Shown: piece by piece, positions 38,472 to 52,101 of the stretch
Layout of the letters: each line of letters starts with the position of its first letter
How positions within the stretch are numbered: position 1 is the stretch's first letter
NCBI GenBank assembly: GCA_965649765.1
Contig: OZ287755.1
Span: 30,566,001-30,630,000 of the forward strand
Direction of reading: 5' to 3'
DNA: 64,000 nt
Source: Bispira polyomma
Taxonomy: Eukaryota
The notes under the pieces: model-generated
The model's database searches: none
The model's input: only the letters and a program-made list of their open reading frames with translations
Told to the model about the DNA's origin: nothing
Position numbers and translations under genes: made by a program

Positions 38472-41400
38472 ATGCCACTGGATAGCCTTGTTAAAAACAT
38501 CGCATACTGCTCCAAATGTGATATGAGACACCAAAGACCAATTGGTGCTAACTGCCAGTATGCTTCAGAAGGGGCCTGCAACAGTCCCTTACCTGGGTTT
38601 CCTTGGGGCATAAGACATCCGCTTCTAGATGACCAGGTCTCCATAGAGTCAGCACAATTTACACAACGTGCAATTTATCGAACCAGTTCAGTTAAAAGTA
38701 GTACTGCCAACCACAATACTGTGTGCAGATAATAATAAAGGATTTTGCTTCCCCAAAGTTGATCACACCGAAAATGGAACACTCCATAAGCATGGCTGGG
38801 CTCACTGTTTTAAAATGGTTAGTTAATATTTTGGTCATTCTGAATCACGGTGCAATCACAGACAAACTGTATCCTAGGCAAAAAAGAGGAAAATCAGTAG
38901 CCTACTCGTTTAAGAAACCAAAAATTAAAACCTATACTAGGACATTTTAGAATTCAGAATGTACGCATAAATCTAATGACAAACAATGTACTAGTATAAG
39001 TAGAAACAAGTTTAGTTGTGTTACTGTACTTAAATGCTTAAATGTTGATACCATGTTAAATACTGCACATATACCTGTTAGCAATAATATTCCTTGTGCT
39101 GACGATTCAGATGACACATTTTGTGCCAAAGTTATAGATCAGGTCTCTGATTGTACTGATGACGGGTTAACACATGACTATCAAAATGAGTCTCGTAGTG
39201 TTGCACATAATATTGTAGAAACAGAAGTTTCTGGTGTTTTTGTAGATGAAAATATTTGTGATAATATATCAAGTTCACAGGACAACGTAATTATAAGTGG
39301 CATCCCGTATATTGGAAATGTTAGTAACAGACACTTGAATACACAGACATAGACATTGTAGACAATGACTAAAAAGAAATAAATAACTATGACATGGGCA
39401 ACATCGACACTGACAGTCTTGTTGATATTTTACCTATGTTGCAAAAAAAACCCGCCAGGTAACCATCTTGAAATATTTGGTGAACACAATGGTGAACTCA
39501 ATTGTATTCTGCCAACCACATCCCCTTGGTATCAAAGCGTGATTTTGGGTTCAGAAATTTTGCCAGTACTGAATACTGCTTGTCTAGTACTTAGAGCGAA
39601 CTAGATGTTCATGATTTTAAAAGTGGGTGATAAGAACGCATAAAATTGTGAAAAATACTGGTCACCATTACTACTTAGGCAGGCGAATTAAAGTTCCTTC
39701 AAGCTTTAACATTCCAGTTATGTTCAACTTGTTAAGAAATTATTGTGATCCTATTATGCTCTAGTATGTTATGTTTGTCTTCCCACTGTGCGTTGAATAT
39801 GCTACCCTGGAATTTAATGAAACGATAGCTTATCATGCTTCAGCCACTCAATTTCCACACAATGTGCAAAATTTTATTGATACAGAAGTCAGACACAAAG
39901 CGCTAGCAGGGCCTTTTAATGAAAAACCCATCACACCTTTGTACTTGTCGCTCCTCCTTTCTCACCCTAAACAGGGTTCGAGTCTTAGGGTTATCATGGT
40001 GCAGACCTTTTTTCTGTCCCTCGATATTGAAATTGGATCACTGTCTAGGTGCTCTTGTGCCTTAAAGTCAAATTATAATTACAATCATTAACTTGTCACA
40101 CCCATATGGGTCTTCAGTAAAAGCCTGGTCACACATACACATGCTAGAGCTATGTGTGTGTGACGTTTTTAACTGTTTTGAAAGCTAGTATTAACGTAGT
40201 AGAAGGTAATGCCTAAATGAAGATCCCTGCTGCGTTCGTTCCGGAACGTTGCTTAACGTATGATATCGTTCCGGAAATGTCTCTGTTTGGTCCGCTGTCA
40301 CAATCATTTCAAACTGTTTAAAATAATCGTGGCCAAGCTCTCTGTTTCTCGAGGACGTCTCTACTTGTATAAGTAACATAACGTAACATAACATAGAGTA
40401 AGTACAAGTAAGTAGTGAGATTGTCTCCACTTGTCTGTATTCGTCATGGAGAGTTTCACTAGATAGCAAAATGCAGCAGAATGCAGCCGTAAGTAGCAGT
40501 ACAGTAGATCTACATAGTTGTAGGTTGTGATGTCCTACCAGTAAAGTGTTAAAATTTTTGCCCCCGCTATGTGTGTCTCAGTACCAATATTGTCACAAAA
40601 CGTCAAAAAACGTCACAATCGACTCTGCCTTATGAAAATGATGTCACTTTGACACAAAACGACCACGTTTTCAGTCAATATTGCTCTGTTACGTTGTGGG
40701 ACGCTAGCACGTGAATGTGTGACCAGGCCATTAACAGTAATGTGCTAGATAGCATATATGATACACGTGAATTTCATATGTGGATGACATGATTCAGGAA
40801 ATTGCAGCAATTGGCCCTGATGGACGTCTGTTCAAAGTAGACGTCAGCCTCGCCTTTCCCAATATAAAGACTGACCAGTGTACATATGATGTAACCACTG
40901 GAAGAATCAGTATTTCATTGACACCAGTACAAGCATGGATTGAGTCACATGCAGCGTTTTGTGGACTTAGTGCGTGGCGTCCTAGCCCAACAGGGCCACA
41001 TTGTTAAAGGGTATATTGATGACGTTATAGGGAATGCTCCCACAGACACAGTCGATGCGGCTTTCATGTCCCTGGTCAGTTTGCTCAATTTCTTGGTCTT
41101 CGTTTCAATACTAAAAAGGTAGAACTCTCTAGTGCTACCATAACTTGCATGGGTATAGTGGTTAAGTGCCGGGAAAGCAAAAATAAGATACCAGCTGACA
41201 AGTTGGAGGAAATCAAAACCTGTTGTACAGGGTGGATCAGGCTACCAAACAGCAATTGCAATGTGTGTGTGGTTCCAGCTCATCTGTTTGTGAACAGGAT
41301 GCTGGCCATCCTGAGAGCTGCTACAAGCAATGTCATTGAGGTCGATAATTATTTTCATAAAGATATTTCATGGTTCCATACCTTTCTTGACAAATTCAAC

Positions 41401-42830
41401 GGGGTTGTGCTGATACATAAAATGGCCATCCCTGACGTCACCACCAGCATAGACGCATAGACGTGCTATTTGGGGCACTAACGTTCAGGCAACAACTATC
41501 CTTCTTGAACTGCAGAATTCATGTACCATAGTGCATTTTGAAATGATGAATATTTTAGTCATGCTAAATTTATTGGGTCACCTATGGCTTGGGATATTTA
41601 TTAAAGTCGGGTGTGACAACTGGGCTGTCATACAGGTGCGGGCATATGGTCACACTCGGGACCACACATTGATGGCATACGCGAGAACAATCTAGCCAGC
41701 AAGGACATTAATTTTAAGGTCATTCACATTCCTGGTAAAGATAATGACAAGGCAGGTGTCCTTTCCCATTGGTTTAATGGCACTGTTACCTTAGATATTA
41801 ACAGCAACTCCACCATCATGACTGGTGGCCAGTTTCTGAAGAAAAATTCATACCAGACTTTTCTATTTAACTAGGTTCACCTATGCCTTCCAAGTTACTG
41901 AAGCAAGTCCAGCAGAGAATACTTCTAGCCTTTAGACCAAGGACATGTACCGCCTATTCAGCACAGTTTTGCACTTATTAGCGTTGGCTATATATTGGAA
42001 CATCGTGGATTTTACTTCCCTCAGTTATGTGTTAGTTTTCATAGAATTTATTACCCCCCGGGACTCTCTCACCTCACAATCTAAAATTATCTTTCCAGTT
42101 TAAAATTTTAATTCCAAAATTTTTAGCTTGACCATTCTGTTCTCAGTTATTTCAAAGTTACAATTTTCTTGAGATCAATTTCTTTGATTTCAAAGTATAC
42201 TCCTCGAGTGAAAGGCATTATCACAGTTCGCATGCTCAAGCAGCTAGAACTCAAGTGCCAGTCACTAAAAGATGGATGTGTTTATAAAGCTTTGTTCTTG
42301 GTTTCTTTTTTGGTACTTTTCAGAATTTCAAACATGCTACCTTCAAGTTACAAAGATATTTCTAACCCTCGGTTTTTGACTAGATCCGACATTATCTTTA
42401 AACCTCTGGGCCACCATTTGACCCTTAAATGATCTAAAACTATGCAAAAACACAACAAATTTCCAATAATAAAACTCCCATTATTATTGGATCCTGATAT
42501 TTTCCCTGACATATGTTTAAATTTTATTCTGCTAACTGCTTCTCATCCTCTGTTTTTATTAAAAACTACCCTGGGCAGTCGCCCACTACTTGCTAGCAAA
42601 GCTCGACAGGTCTTAGCTTCTCTCTGGACCGCCTTAGGTTACAACTCATCAGCTTTGCCTTTAATAATAGAGTCATGTTTGAGCATATTAGGCTCAACGG
42701 CAACTGGAACTGCAATTTTGGCGTACCTCGAAGAAAATCAATCATCCAACAAAGTAGCCAACAACCTTCAACAATTATTACAGTACCAGTACTTTGGGCT
42801 TGGGAGCTTTTTACCCCATATCTCTTAGAT
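38472..42830 (+). mobile_element. decayed YR retrotransposon E5
   Basis: CSKCDMRHQRPIGANC gag motif; ALAGPF, FKVDVS, YIDD, FVNRML; YR AFRPRT and FRISN. Confidence 0.88.
40123..40728. mobile_element. MITE inserted into the RT of E5
   Basis: TIR GCCTGGTCACACAT / ATGTGTGACCAGGC with TAA close to both ends; RT reads LSHPYGSSV before and NSNVLDSIY after. Confidence 0.88.
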
Positions 42831-43261
42831 GTGTAGATTTACTAAAAATACCAAAAAATGTGTGTAGATGATATATGCCCAAAAGATTTAATAAATGTTT
42901 GTAAAATTAAATTCATTGTGTTGGCTTCTTTAATTTTACTTTCACCTTTTGACCTTCATCTCATTTTGCCATCTTTTCTTTGGTCATCTCTGACTTGATT
43001 GAAATTGTACTGCCGATTACGTAATATGGTTCTGGCTTTAGATAAAAGACAAGATTTGTCTTTTTGACAAAGTATTTTTTGGACCGATTGTTTCTTGTGT
43101 GGGTTTGTTTTTGTGCACATTTTGTGAAGGCTTCACTTCTTACTGTTAACTGGTGATTCCTGCCAACTGGGAGCACTCCATTATGTATTCAAGTGAGAAA
43201 TGTTACAAGTGAGAAACCAGATGTACTAAACAGTCCTCAGTGTGATGGCCTAATGAAAGCC

Positions 43262-43442
43262 NNNNNNNNNNNNNNNNNNNNNNNNNNNNNNNNNNNNNNN
43301 NNNNNNNNNNNNNNNNNNNNNNNNNNNNNNNNNNNNNNNNNNNNNNNNNNNNNNNNNNNNNNNNNNNNNNNNNNNNNNNNNNNNNNNNNNNNNNNNNNNN
43401 NNNNNNNNNNNNNNNNNNNNNNNNNNNNNNNNNNNNNNNNNN
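43262..43442. other. assembly gap (N run)
   Basis: direct inspection. Confidence 1.
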
Positions 43443-45127
43443 TGCGTCTGTAGATGCTTGCATGCATGTGTGTGTGTGGCAATCGAGAACTTTCTGTTAG
43501 AAAGAGCAAAGTGAGAAATGTGGTTTGAAATACATCATTACTCATGTTAAATTATCTTCCTGTATCAAAATAACTAGTAAATTTAAACACATAGGTTATT
43601 TTTTCTAAATTTTTAATGTGTTTTTGGGAAAACAGTTTGCAGATAACTAGAGTCACAAAATGACACACAACCAATAACATCCAGCAAGTAGCGATAAAGG
43701 CCCTATAACAGGGGTATAAATGGAGTATCAGTTTGTATCAGTTTGTATCACAGGTACTTTCGGGAAGCAGGTCTGAGTGTCTATTTCTTACATACATCCA
43801 GCTCATTTGGTAATTAATCAAGGTTAGGCCTTAAAATGACAAATGAAAATACAAATGATGGGTTGACATTCCAGGAAATCGTGCATTTGTGTACCACTTA
43901 GCTTTAGCAGAATGTCAATGTTTTGCTATAGTTGTGTGTACCACTTCGCTTTAGCAGAATGTCAATGTTTTTCCATAGTTGTTTACTATTGCGAATCAAA
44001 GTGCTGTAATATAGTACGTGAACACTGTAGTAGTGTATCACTCACCTTTGATAACAAGACTTGTCTTTTAAAAAAGACTCAGGCGCACAGTGTGAGCAAT
44101 ATTAATATGACACCCATCAGTTTGGCCAGGTCAATAGCTTCCAACCAATCCATGAAGACCTTACATATTATTTCCAGCATGGCAGTAATTTCAAACTTGT
44201 TTGAAGTTGATACAGTCGATGTTTGTATAGTCGATGTTTGTATAGTCGATGTTTGTATAGGATAACATTTTTCAATGCATTTCACTTTTTGTTGTTTTTT
44301 GTAATATTCACATGTTACCTTTACTTAATTATTGTAACTTGTAAATATTTAATTCTTAAATTTACTTAGGGTACAAATAAAATATGTATATAAAATTCAG
44401 CATTAGCCAATGATGTTTGAAACTCTCCTTTCACTTCCAATCAGGGATTCAATTTCCTCATTTTAAATAGTCTGACATCCTGGAAACATCTACAATTGAA
44501 AAAAAAAGATTTACAGCTTTTTCTATTAAGGTCTCCATATCAAAGACGACATTAGCAGAAGAACCCCAGCAAGGAACCCTCAATTATGTATTCAACAAGA
44601 GATGCTATTAGTGCGAAGTCAGATGTACTAAACAGTCCCTGCTTTGATTGCCTAATGAAAGCCAATACTTCCTGCATATTCCCATCTGTGTTTTGTAGTG
44701 AATTAGGCACTTTGAGATAGTAACAGAAACATGTTGCAGATGGTTAAAAGTAAAGCATTAGTGGTACCAGTGTTTATTTTGAGAACCCCTGCAGACACAT
44801 TAAAGCCATCTTGTTTGTTTTAAATCAACTTTACTGTTGTAACGATTTGTTTGCTATGATGCTATAATTTTTGCTTCTATTTTTTTTGGCGTATGTGTTT
44901 TCATTTGCAATTTTTTAAAAAAAAACTACATAAAAAAGCTATCTGCCAGATGGTAACAATAAATGTCATCTTTAAATTTACCCCATTTTTTTTTAATTTA
45001 GAAATTGCAATAACATCGAAAATATTTCAGTGATAATGTAGTTTCGATAAGGTAGTTTTCAAATTTTCAGGAAGTGTAAAAACAAGCTTTACAGCAGAGT
45101 CATCCTCAAGGACGAATTGTGAGAACT

Positions 45128-45778
45128 TATATGTATGAAATATAAACTCCATAGTAGTGGTGGCTTAATATTGTCAGTGTTGGTAGGGTCTATTTTTAGT
45201 AGTATTGGCAGTTTATAACTCAATATTTTGACTTTTAATAAAAAATATTGACTTTATATTGGTAGTGTTGGCAGTTTATAACTCAACATTTTGACTTTAA
45301 ATAAAAAATATTGACTTTATATTGGTAGTGTCGGCAGTTTATAAGTCAATCGTTTTACTTAAAATCAAAAAATTAATTTATATTGGTAGTGTTAGCGAAC
45401 AAACCCAGTAGTGGTGGTGAAAAAAACCCAGTGGTGTTGACGAAAAAACCAGTAGTGTTGACGAAAAAACCAGTAGTGTTGACGAAAAAACTAGTGTTGG
45501 TTAAAAAAAATAGTAGTGTTGGTCAACTTTTTTAGTAGTGGTGGCGACCTTTTTTATTGGTGATGGCGAAAAATAAACTTTATATTAGTAGTGTTGGCTG
45601 TTTCTGACTACTGAATAAATTCGCCAACACTACTAATATGAAGTCAATATGTTGGGTTAAAAGTGAAAATGTTGAGTTAGAAACCCCCAACGCTACTAAT
45701 AACAAAACCCCTTCCCACATTGACACTAAATAAAACACCACCAATGTGGCCGCTAATACACCTTTTCGTATATATGAC
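45128..45778. mobile_element. foldback/MITE-like element with internal ~59-bp and ~21-bp tandem repeats
   Basis: TTGACTTTATATTGGTAGTG units, GTAGTGTTGACGAAAAAA units, and an inverted copy of the long unit at the right end. Confidence 0.65.
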
Positions 45779-46775
45779 TATTTTCAGTACTTATTACCAT
45801 CTTTGTTAGTTGTTTTTTTTTCCAATATTTTAAATACAGTCATCATCCTAATATGTAGTGTGTGTATAAAGGAATGACATTTGTTTGTTCACACTCAATG
45901 CTATGAGGCAGGTATGTCTACAATGCCAGTAATGTAAAGTCCCTGTAATACAACTTTGGGGTATGTATTCTCCAAACAAACCCAGGCTCAACTCAGACTA
46001 AAGCTTAAATCTTAAATGCCCAAAAGGTGCCCATATGTCTAGCTGGGGTAAAAGTCAAGTGAAACTTTGACTTTATACTTTTAGTCAGTGCTGTCAGCTG
46101 TATTAAAATAAATGATTACAAGTATAGATTCATTCTATCCACCATGGCGTCCACATAGCAACACATAGAGTTTAAGCTTGAGTTTGTGATTGTTTCTGTT
46201 GTGAGCCTCACCAATCAGAAGTAGACATGTGTTAATAGATGTGAGCATTCCTTGTACTTCCCTTGTACGTCCCTTGTCTCCCCCTCTCCATCCTGTCTGC
46301 TGCCGGGTGATGCCCAGTACTAATTGAATGAGGAATCCATTTGCAAATACATAAAGTTTGTTCTGTATTCTTTCGCAGAGATTTACGAGTTGCCTCTAAA
46401 CATAGTTGATAGTTTAATCTCAGCAGAAATGAGAAATCTGTGCAAAGCTATAAATATGCCTGAAAGTTAGGGTGTTGTTTACCCAAATCACGTCACTTCT
46501 GACCAGTATTTATACCTAGGTTGGAAATAGTCTTTGATAATGAAACTACATTTATATCCATTACAATACCTATTGTGTTACAGCAACTATTTTCTGAAGT
46601 TTTTTTCAATCTTTGTCCATCTAGTGCGCCAGCCAGATTCAATATTAAGGAGAGTACATTCATCTTTAGTCAAGAAAGTTTATATTCATTGAATTACGTT
46701 TAATATTAGTGAGAAGCCAATACAGATCAAATTATGCTGCATGCTCTGGGTTTTTTTCCAAATTCACATGTCTTG

Positions 46776-46820
46776 TATATATATATATGTGTATATATAT
46801 ATACACACACATATATATAT
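46776..46820. repeat. (TA)/(CA) microsatellite
   Basis: direct inspection. Confidence 0.9.
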
Positions 46821-47289
46821 ATACATATACATATATATATAATTAAAAATTGTAAAAATAAATATTTGGTTTTGACGGAGTGGAAATTGGGACATGTGAC
46901 ATGAATAAATATCAATGTAAACAGTCAGCTGACTTATATTAAAATTTAGTTATATTTGACTGGTATTATATAGTATAAATAGTATAGTAATAGTATCGCA
47001 CCGTCAGCACACAGAAATACAATCTATGTGGCAAAGGGCGTTTAACATAAATGAAATATATCTTTTAATGTTTGAGGTAATAAGTAGTAGTAGCAAAAAT
47101 GGCCTTCTGTGACGTCATGGAAATATACAAACGCGTTTGGGTGGCTGTGGGCATCATAGGCCACTGTTTTTGGTATTGATAGAAACATTGGACTCCAATT
47201 ACGATTATTCTTACATTAGTTTCGGAGGTTATACTTCATGTTGACAAATATTTGCAATATGTGTTTTAACAATATATTTCTTAGCAAAT

Positions 47290-48060
47290 TATTGGCGGTT
47301 TATAACTCAATATTTTGACTTTAAATCCAAAATATTGACTTTATATTGGTAGTGATGGTGGTTTATAAGTCAATATTTTGACTGTAAATCCAAAAAGTTG
47401 ACTTTATATTGGCAGTGATGGTGGTTTATAAGTCAAAATTTTGACTTTAAATCCAAAATATTGACCTTATATTGGTAATGTTGGTGGTTTATAAGTCAAT
47501 ATTTTGACTGTAAATCCAAAATATTGACTTTATATTGATAGTGATGGTGGTTTATAAGTCAATATTTTGACTTTAAATCCAAAATATTGATTTTATATTG
47601 GTAGTGATGGTGGTTTATAAATCAAAATTTGACTGGTGGTTTATGAGTCAATATTTTAACTTTGAATCCAAAATATCGACTTTATATTGTAGTATTGGCA
47701 AAAAATACAGTAGTGTTGGCGATAAAAACAGTAGTGTTGGCGAAAAAACCGTATGTTGGCAAAAAAACACATTAGTGTTGGTACAAAAAACAATGGTGTC
47801 GGTAAAAACAATAGGTATTGGTGCACTTTTTCAGTAGTTTTGGCAAATTTTAGTAGTGTTGGCGAAAAAAGAAAGAACAGTAGTGTTGGCAATTTTTTTC
47901 AATAGTGTTGGTGAAGTTATTCAGTTGTGTTGGTGAACACCACTGAATATTTAGCCAACACTACCACTATAAAGTCAATATTTTAGGTTCTAAGTCAAAA
48001 TATTAAGTTAAATACCACCAGCACTACTAATAACAGTTCATATAAACATACCAACGTATT
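47290..48060. mobile_element. second copy of the foldback/minisatellite element, with more ~59-bp units
   Basis: same units and same inverted right end as 45128-45778. Confidence 0.7.
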
Positions 48061-48437
48061 AGTATCAACATCTACTACAGTAGTCAGAAACAAATATATT
48101 TCTGAATTATGAATCATATCATTAAATATTAATCTTGAATAGTTACCATTGAAAACAGTGTAAAAGAGGTCAAACCCCTTCACTAAAACAATTTTAGTTG
48201 TATTAATTCAAATCTTTTAAGCACAAGTACAAAGTCATGTGCAATCATTAGCTACAAGATTCACCCATACTGAACCATAATCTTTCCTTAACACTTGTAG
48301 TGATGGCAATATTCAGCAAGACAATATTCAGCAATCTCTGATGCTGTACTATACTATTCTAACTTCTAACCGAGATAATACAGCCAGTATATAAGTACTC
48401 AAGTCAGTATTATAAAACCCACCATCTCTAACGATAT

Positions 48438-48595
48438 CCACCTTAATGGTTAGAACCCAGCTCCTGCGGCACCTAATCGCCTAGCAGTGGAGGTTCCCAA
48501 CTGCAGATCTGAATTCCCTGGTAGTCCACAACAGGGGGTAGTTACACCTTAGAACCAACACCACACGGACCTGGGTTCGAATCCATTAAAGGTGG
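48438..48595 (-). ncRNA. second copy of the spacer RNA motif, probably in an ORF-less YR-element remnant
   Basis: reverse complement shares CCGTGTGG..TGGTTC..GTAACTACCCC..GTGG.CT..CCAGGG..AG.TCTGCAG..GGAACCT..CTGCTAGGCGA.TAGGTGCC.CA with 21081-21236; upstream C-rich tract CCCACCTCCTCCCCTTACC as in E2 and E3. Confidence 0.75.
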
Positions 48596-50389
48596 TACGC
48601 GAGCTATCTAGGTGAAGGTCGAGATGAGCGTTAACCATTGATAACAACTTCATATAGCCATCTTATTGACTAACTTGTATAAGTTGTTTCTACGAACATG
48701 CTCGTGTCTATTCGCAGGTAATAACAACATACTATTGCTGTGGTAAGGGGAGGAGGTGGGATAATTTCATGTGGTGTGCTTTCTTCAGAGCCACGTTTCA
48801 ATATGGGGTTCTAAAAAGGTGGGAAAAGCAGTATGGCTCGACACAAAGAGAATGGCTGTATGTGTGGGTGGATTGACAGAATAAAGTTATGGTCAACTCA
48901 TCCCCCCCCCCTTAAAGTAGTTATATGTAAACATTTTTGTATTTGTGGAAAACTGAAGTAGTGCTTGCTAATATATTCTCTTATTTCTATTTTTGCTGTG
49001 CCATGTTGTGTAATCGGTGGTGTAGAAAGGACTTTACAATACTAGTTTGTTGGGAATATTGTAAGATAAATCACTAGCTATTAGTGACCTCTTTTGATAT
49101 CACATGTATAGTCTGAACACAGGTCTAAGTCTCTATTTCTTGCGTAAATCCAGATCATGTGGGAAATCATCTTGATGAGCTCTTCAATTATTCATGTTTT
49201 CACGTAAAATCCAAAGTAAAACCGTAAAGGCCAGGTAAGCAGTATAACATATCGTGTGTTGGATTGATCATTAGCTTGAGGAAAATTGAAGAGAACATTA
49301 ACACGCTTTGCCGTGTAACCTTATTTATTATGTAAAATTATGATTTCTATAAAATTTCCATAAAAAGCTTTGAGTTCCAACTCTTTTATTTAATGATTAA
49401 AAATAAAATTGCTAATATGCCACTGAAAAATATTAAGGATGGAATATACTGTTTGTACTCTCCGAATGCATTACAAAAATAATTCTTAGGCTATTTGACA
49501 CAAAACAATACTAAATTGATTTACATAAATTTGGTGGGTGGAAGGAACATGGGACAAAAAATAAGTATTAAATTGGTGATTAGTTGCGGCTCCTTACTAA
49601 CAGTAGGCACTATATAGGGTCCCTTATAGTTCTCGTATGTTTTCCAGATACAGTCCTTCTTGCAAATGTTATTTTATACATTTACTGAAGAAATATCACT
49701 CACACCTCCATAAGTCACCGTAATAATCTGAAGTGACGGTAATATGACTTTTACGATTCTAATGTAAGTCTGACAAAAAAGCAGTAGAAATGTGATGTGA
49801 TGAGTTGGGCATTATTTCTAGTTTTCTTTGAATCTGTCTCTTTGAATCTGGTGTAGGGTGACCCCCTGGTATTAATTGAATCAGGAGTCCATTTACAAAT
49901 GTTTTTGCGTTATGCATTGATGACATAGACATAGTGGTACTACTAGAAAAACTGCCAAAATAATGGGTACCACAACCAAATATTCCATATCTAGTTATTG
50001 ACTTATTCATTCATACAGGCATTGTATATCTGTTACAATGATCTAACAAAGAATAATCAATAAATTCTATATCATCACATATAATCCATCAATTCTATAT
50101 CATCACAAAATAAACTTACAGTTATGTTATTTCCACAAGATACTATTCCATCCCCAATGTTTGAAATAACAGTGCTTTATATCTTTGCTTTATATCAATA
50201 TTTTAATATTGATGGGTTTATGGGAATTAAACAGACGTTAGACCACAAAAAGTGCATGTTTATGTTTGCTGCAGAAAGACCGAACAATTGTACTGGAATA
50301 TATTTTAAAAACTTGATAAAGTTTTATGTTGAACAAAGGAACCAAATGGTTAGATCTCAAAGAACAATGTAAATTGTAAGTGCAATACT

Positions 50390-50645
50390 ACTGTGGCATG
50401 GTGGGTAACTTACTCACCTTGTAACAAAAAGGATCTAGGTCCAATCCAAGCCCAGGGCTACCAGGTACAGACCGATATGAATTGGCTGGGATGACCAATT
50501 AATCCGTCATTGGGTCCTATCCCTAATGGCAGGATAAATAACTTTGAGTATTTTGTAAATGATCATCATGAAGTATCTTTGTTCAGTTAGGAGAATGACA
50601 GATACCAGTACTAGCAGTCCCCAACACTCCCAAGTTAATAATAAA
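50390..50645 (+). mobile_element. probable degenerate tRNA-derived SINE
   Basis: TGGCATGGTGG box A-like and GGTCCAATCC box B-like motifs at tRNA spacing; (TAA)n end. Confidence 0.45.
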
Positions 50646-52101
50646 CTCAAAGAGATAATATAATTTATTATATCAATTGTATAAAATATATAAAATACAC
50701 TTCTAATCTACCGACTATTTACATATCTTTAAAGGCTACGTAATATGAATTAATGAATACAATGTGTAAAATTTTAAAAGTAAATGTCATCTTGAACAAA
50801 AGTAAGTTTAAGTTTTAGCTTAAGTTATAAATAAATGAGTTTTCAGTTTAAGTTTGACTAGTGATCTTAAACTGATTTTAAGATTACCCTTAGGTAACAC
50901 TTTAAGGTTGCCCTAACCTGAGGGCCACTAAGGTTAACATAATGTCATAATTTAAGGTGACCCTAATCTGAGGGGCCTTGATAATTTTGAGATAATGGTT
51001 CAAGTTGACCTAAACTTGCACAACTTGTTTAAGCTACATAAAATCAAGCCTCAAACCCATATGACAGGTATTGGTACTAGTTGCTTATTCTTGCCAATGG
51101 TCAACAGAGGTACCCAGTACTTTGAACATGAGAAAAAAGGTAGATATATGAATTAAAATACAAACAAGTATGAATACCATAGAAACTTTTCTTCGTGCTA
51201 AATACAGCTAAATGATACAAATAATGTTCAGACTATTTATTACCCTATTCTATTTATTACCCTGCCATGTCTGTTGGTTTCTATGTTTTTGTGGCAAGGA
51301 TTTTTCAAAAGCTGACAGATTATATCATATTGGATGTTTCTCTTAGACATAGATTAACCTCATATTTTGTGAAATCATTTTTTATCATTAAATATCCTTA
51401 TTATAATCCAGAACAGTAGCACCTGACTCCACGATTTATTTCATGTTTTTAAAAAAAAGCTGGCATTCCACATATGAGACAAAAATGTGATAACTTGTTG
51501 GCGATTGTCTCCATGGTTTGTGTGCAGTCGCCAAGAAAGAACCTAAAACAAATGTGGCCTTGCAACGCCATTGTTGACAATATGACGACACACAGGGACA
51601 CAGATGGGACAGGCATGAAACCAGAGTGAGACACCATTTCTATTAGGCATAGATTGTCTTTATATTGTGTGAACTCAATTTCTATTATTAGCTGACATTA
51701 AAGATCGTTATTTTAATCCAGTACAGTAGCAACACTAGGAAACAAAAATGTGATAATTTGTTCCGATTGTCTCTATTTCTTATTTTTGCAATCGCCTAGA
51801 AAAAAAACCTCACATGAAGGAAGGAATGAGATTTAATCCCACATTATTAAGAGACAAGTGATTAACCACCCTTTTTGTCTTTTTGAAGAGTAAGCAATAA
51901 TGTATATATTTATCAGATACACCTCTTCTGGTCAATAGTCATTAAACTATTAATATATAGACATACTATTTACATTACCCCCACCAAGATTTTGTGTATG
52001 GCGGACATGTGATGAAGCTAGAGCCATGTAATGAAACCATGAAAAACAATCAGTATTGTACACACAATTTTTAAATAGAGTACACCGTTGACTGTAAACC
52101 A

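Noticed and set aside
43183-43261. Segment similar to ~44583-44663
   Set aside because: Short, diverged and abutting an assembly gap; cannot be interpreted.
43912-44285. ORFs containing VDVCI/IQTST repeats
   Set aside because: Explained by a 15-bp tandem triplication; no recognisable domain.
47290-47690. CRISPR-like regular repeats
   Set aside because: Head-to-tail tandem units without unique spacers, no cas genes, eukaryotic context.
48443-48584. tRNA-like TAATGGTTAG and GGTTCGAATCC boxes on the + strand
   Set aside because: No cloverleaf forms, the boxes are absent from the E2 homologue, and G-U pairs favour the minus strand. A Pol III promoter is not fully excluded.
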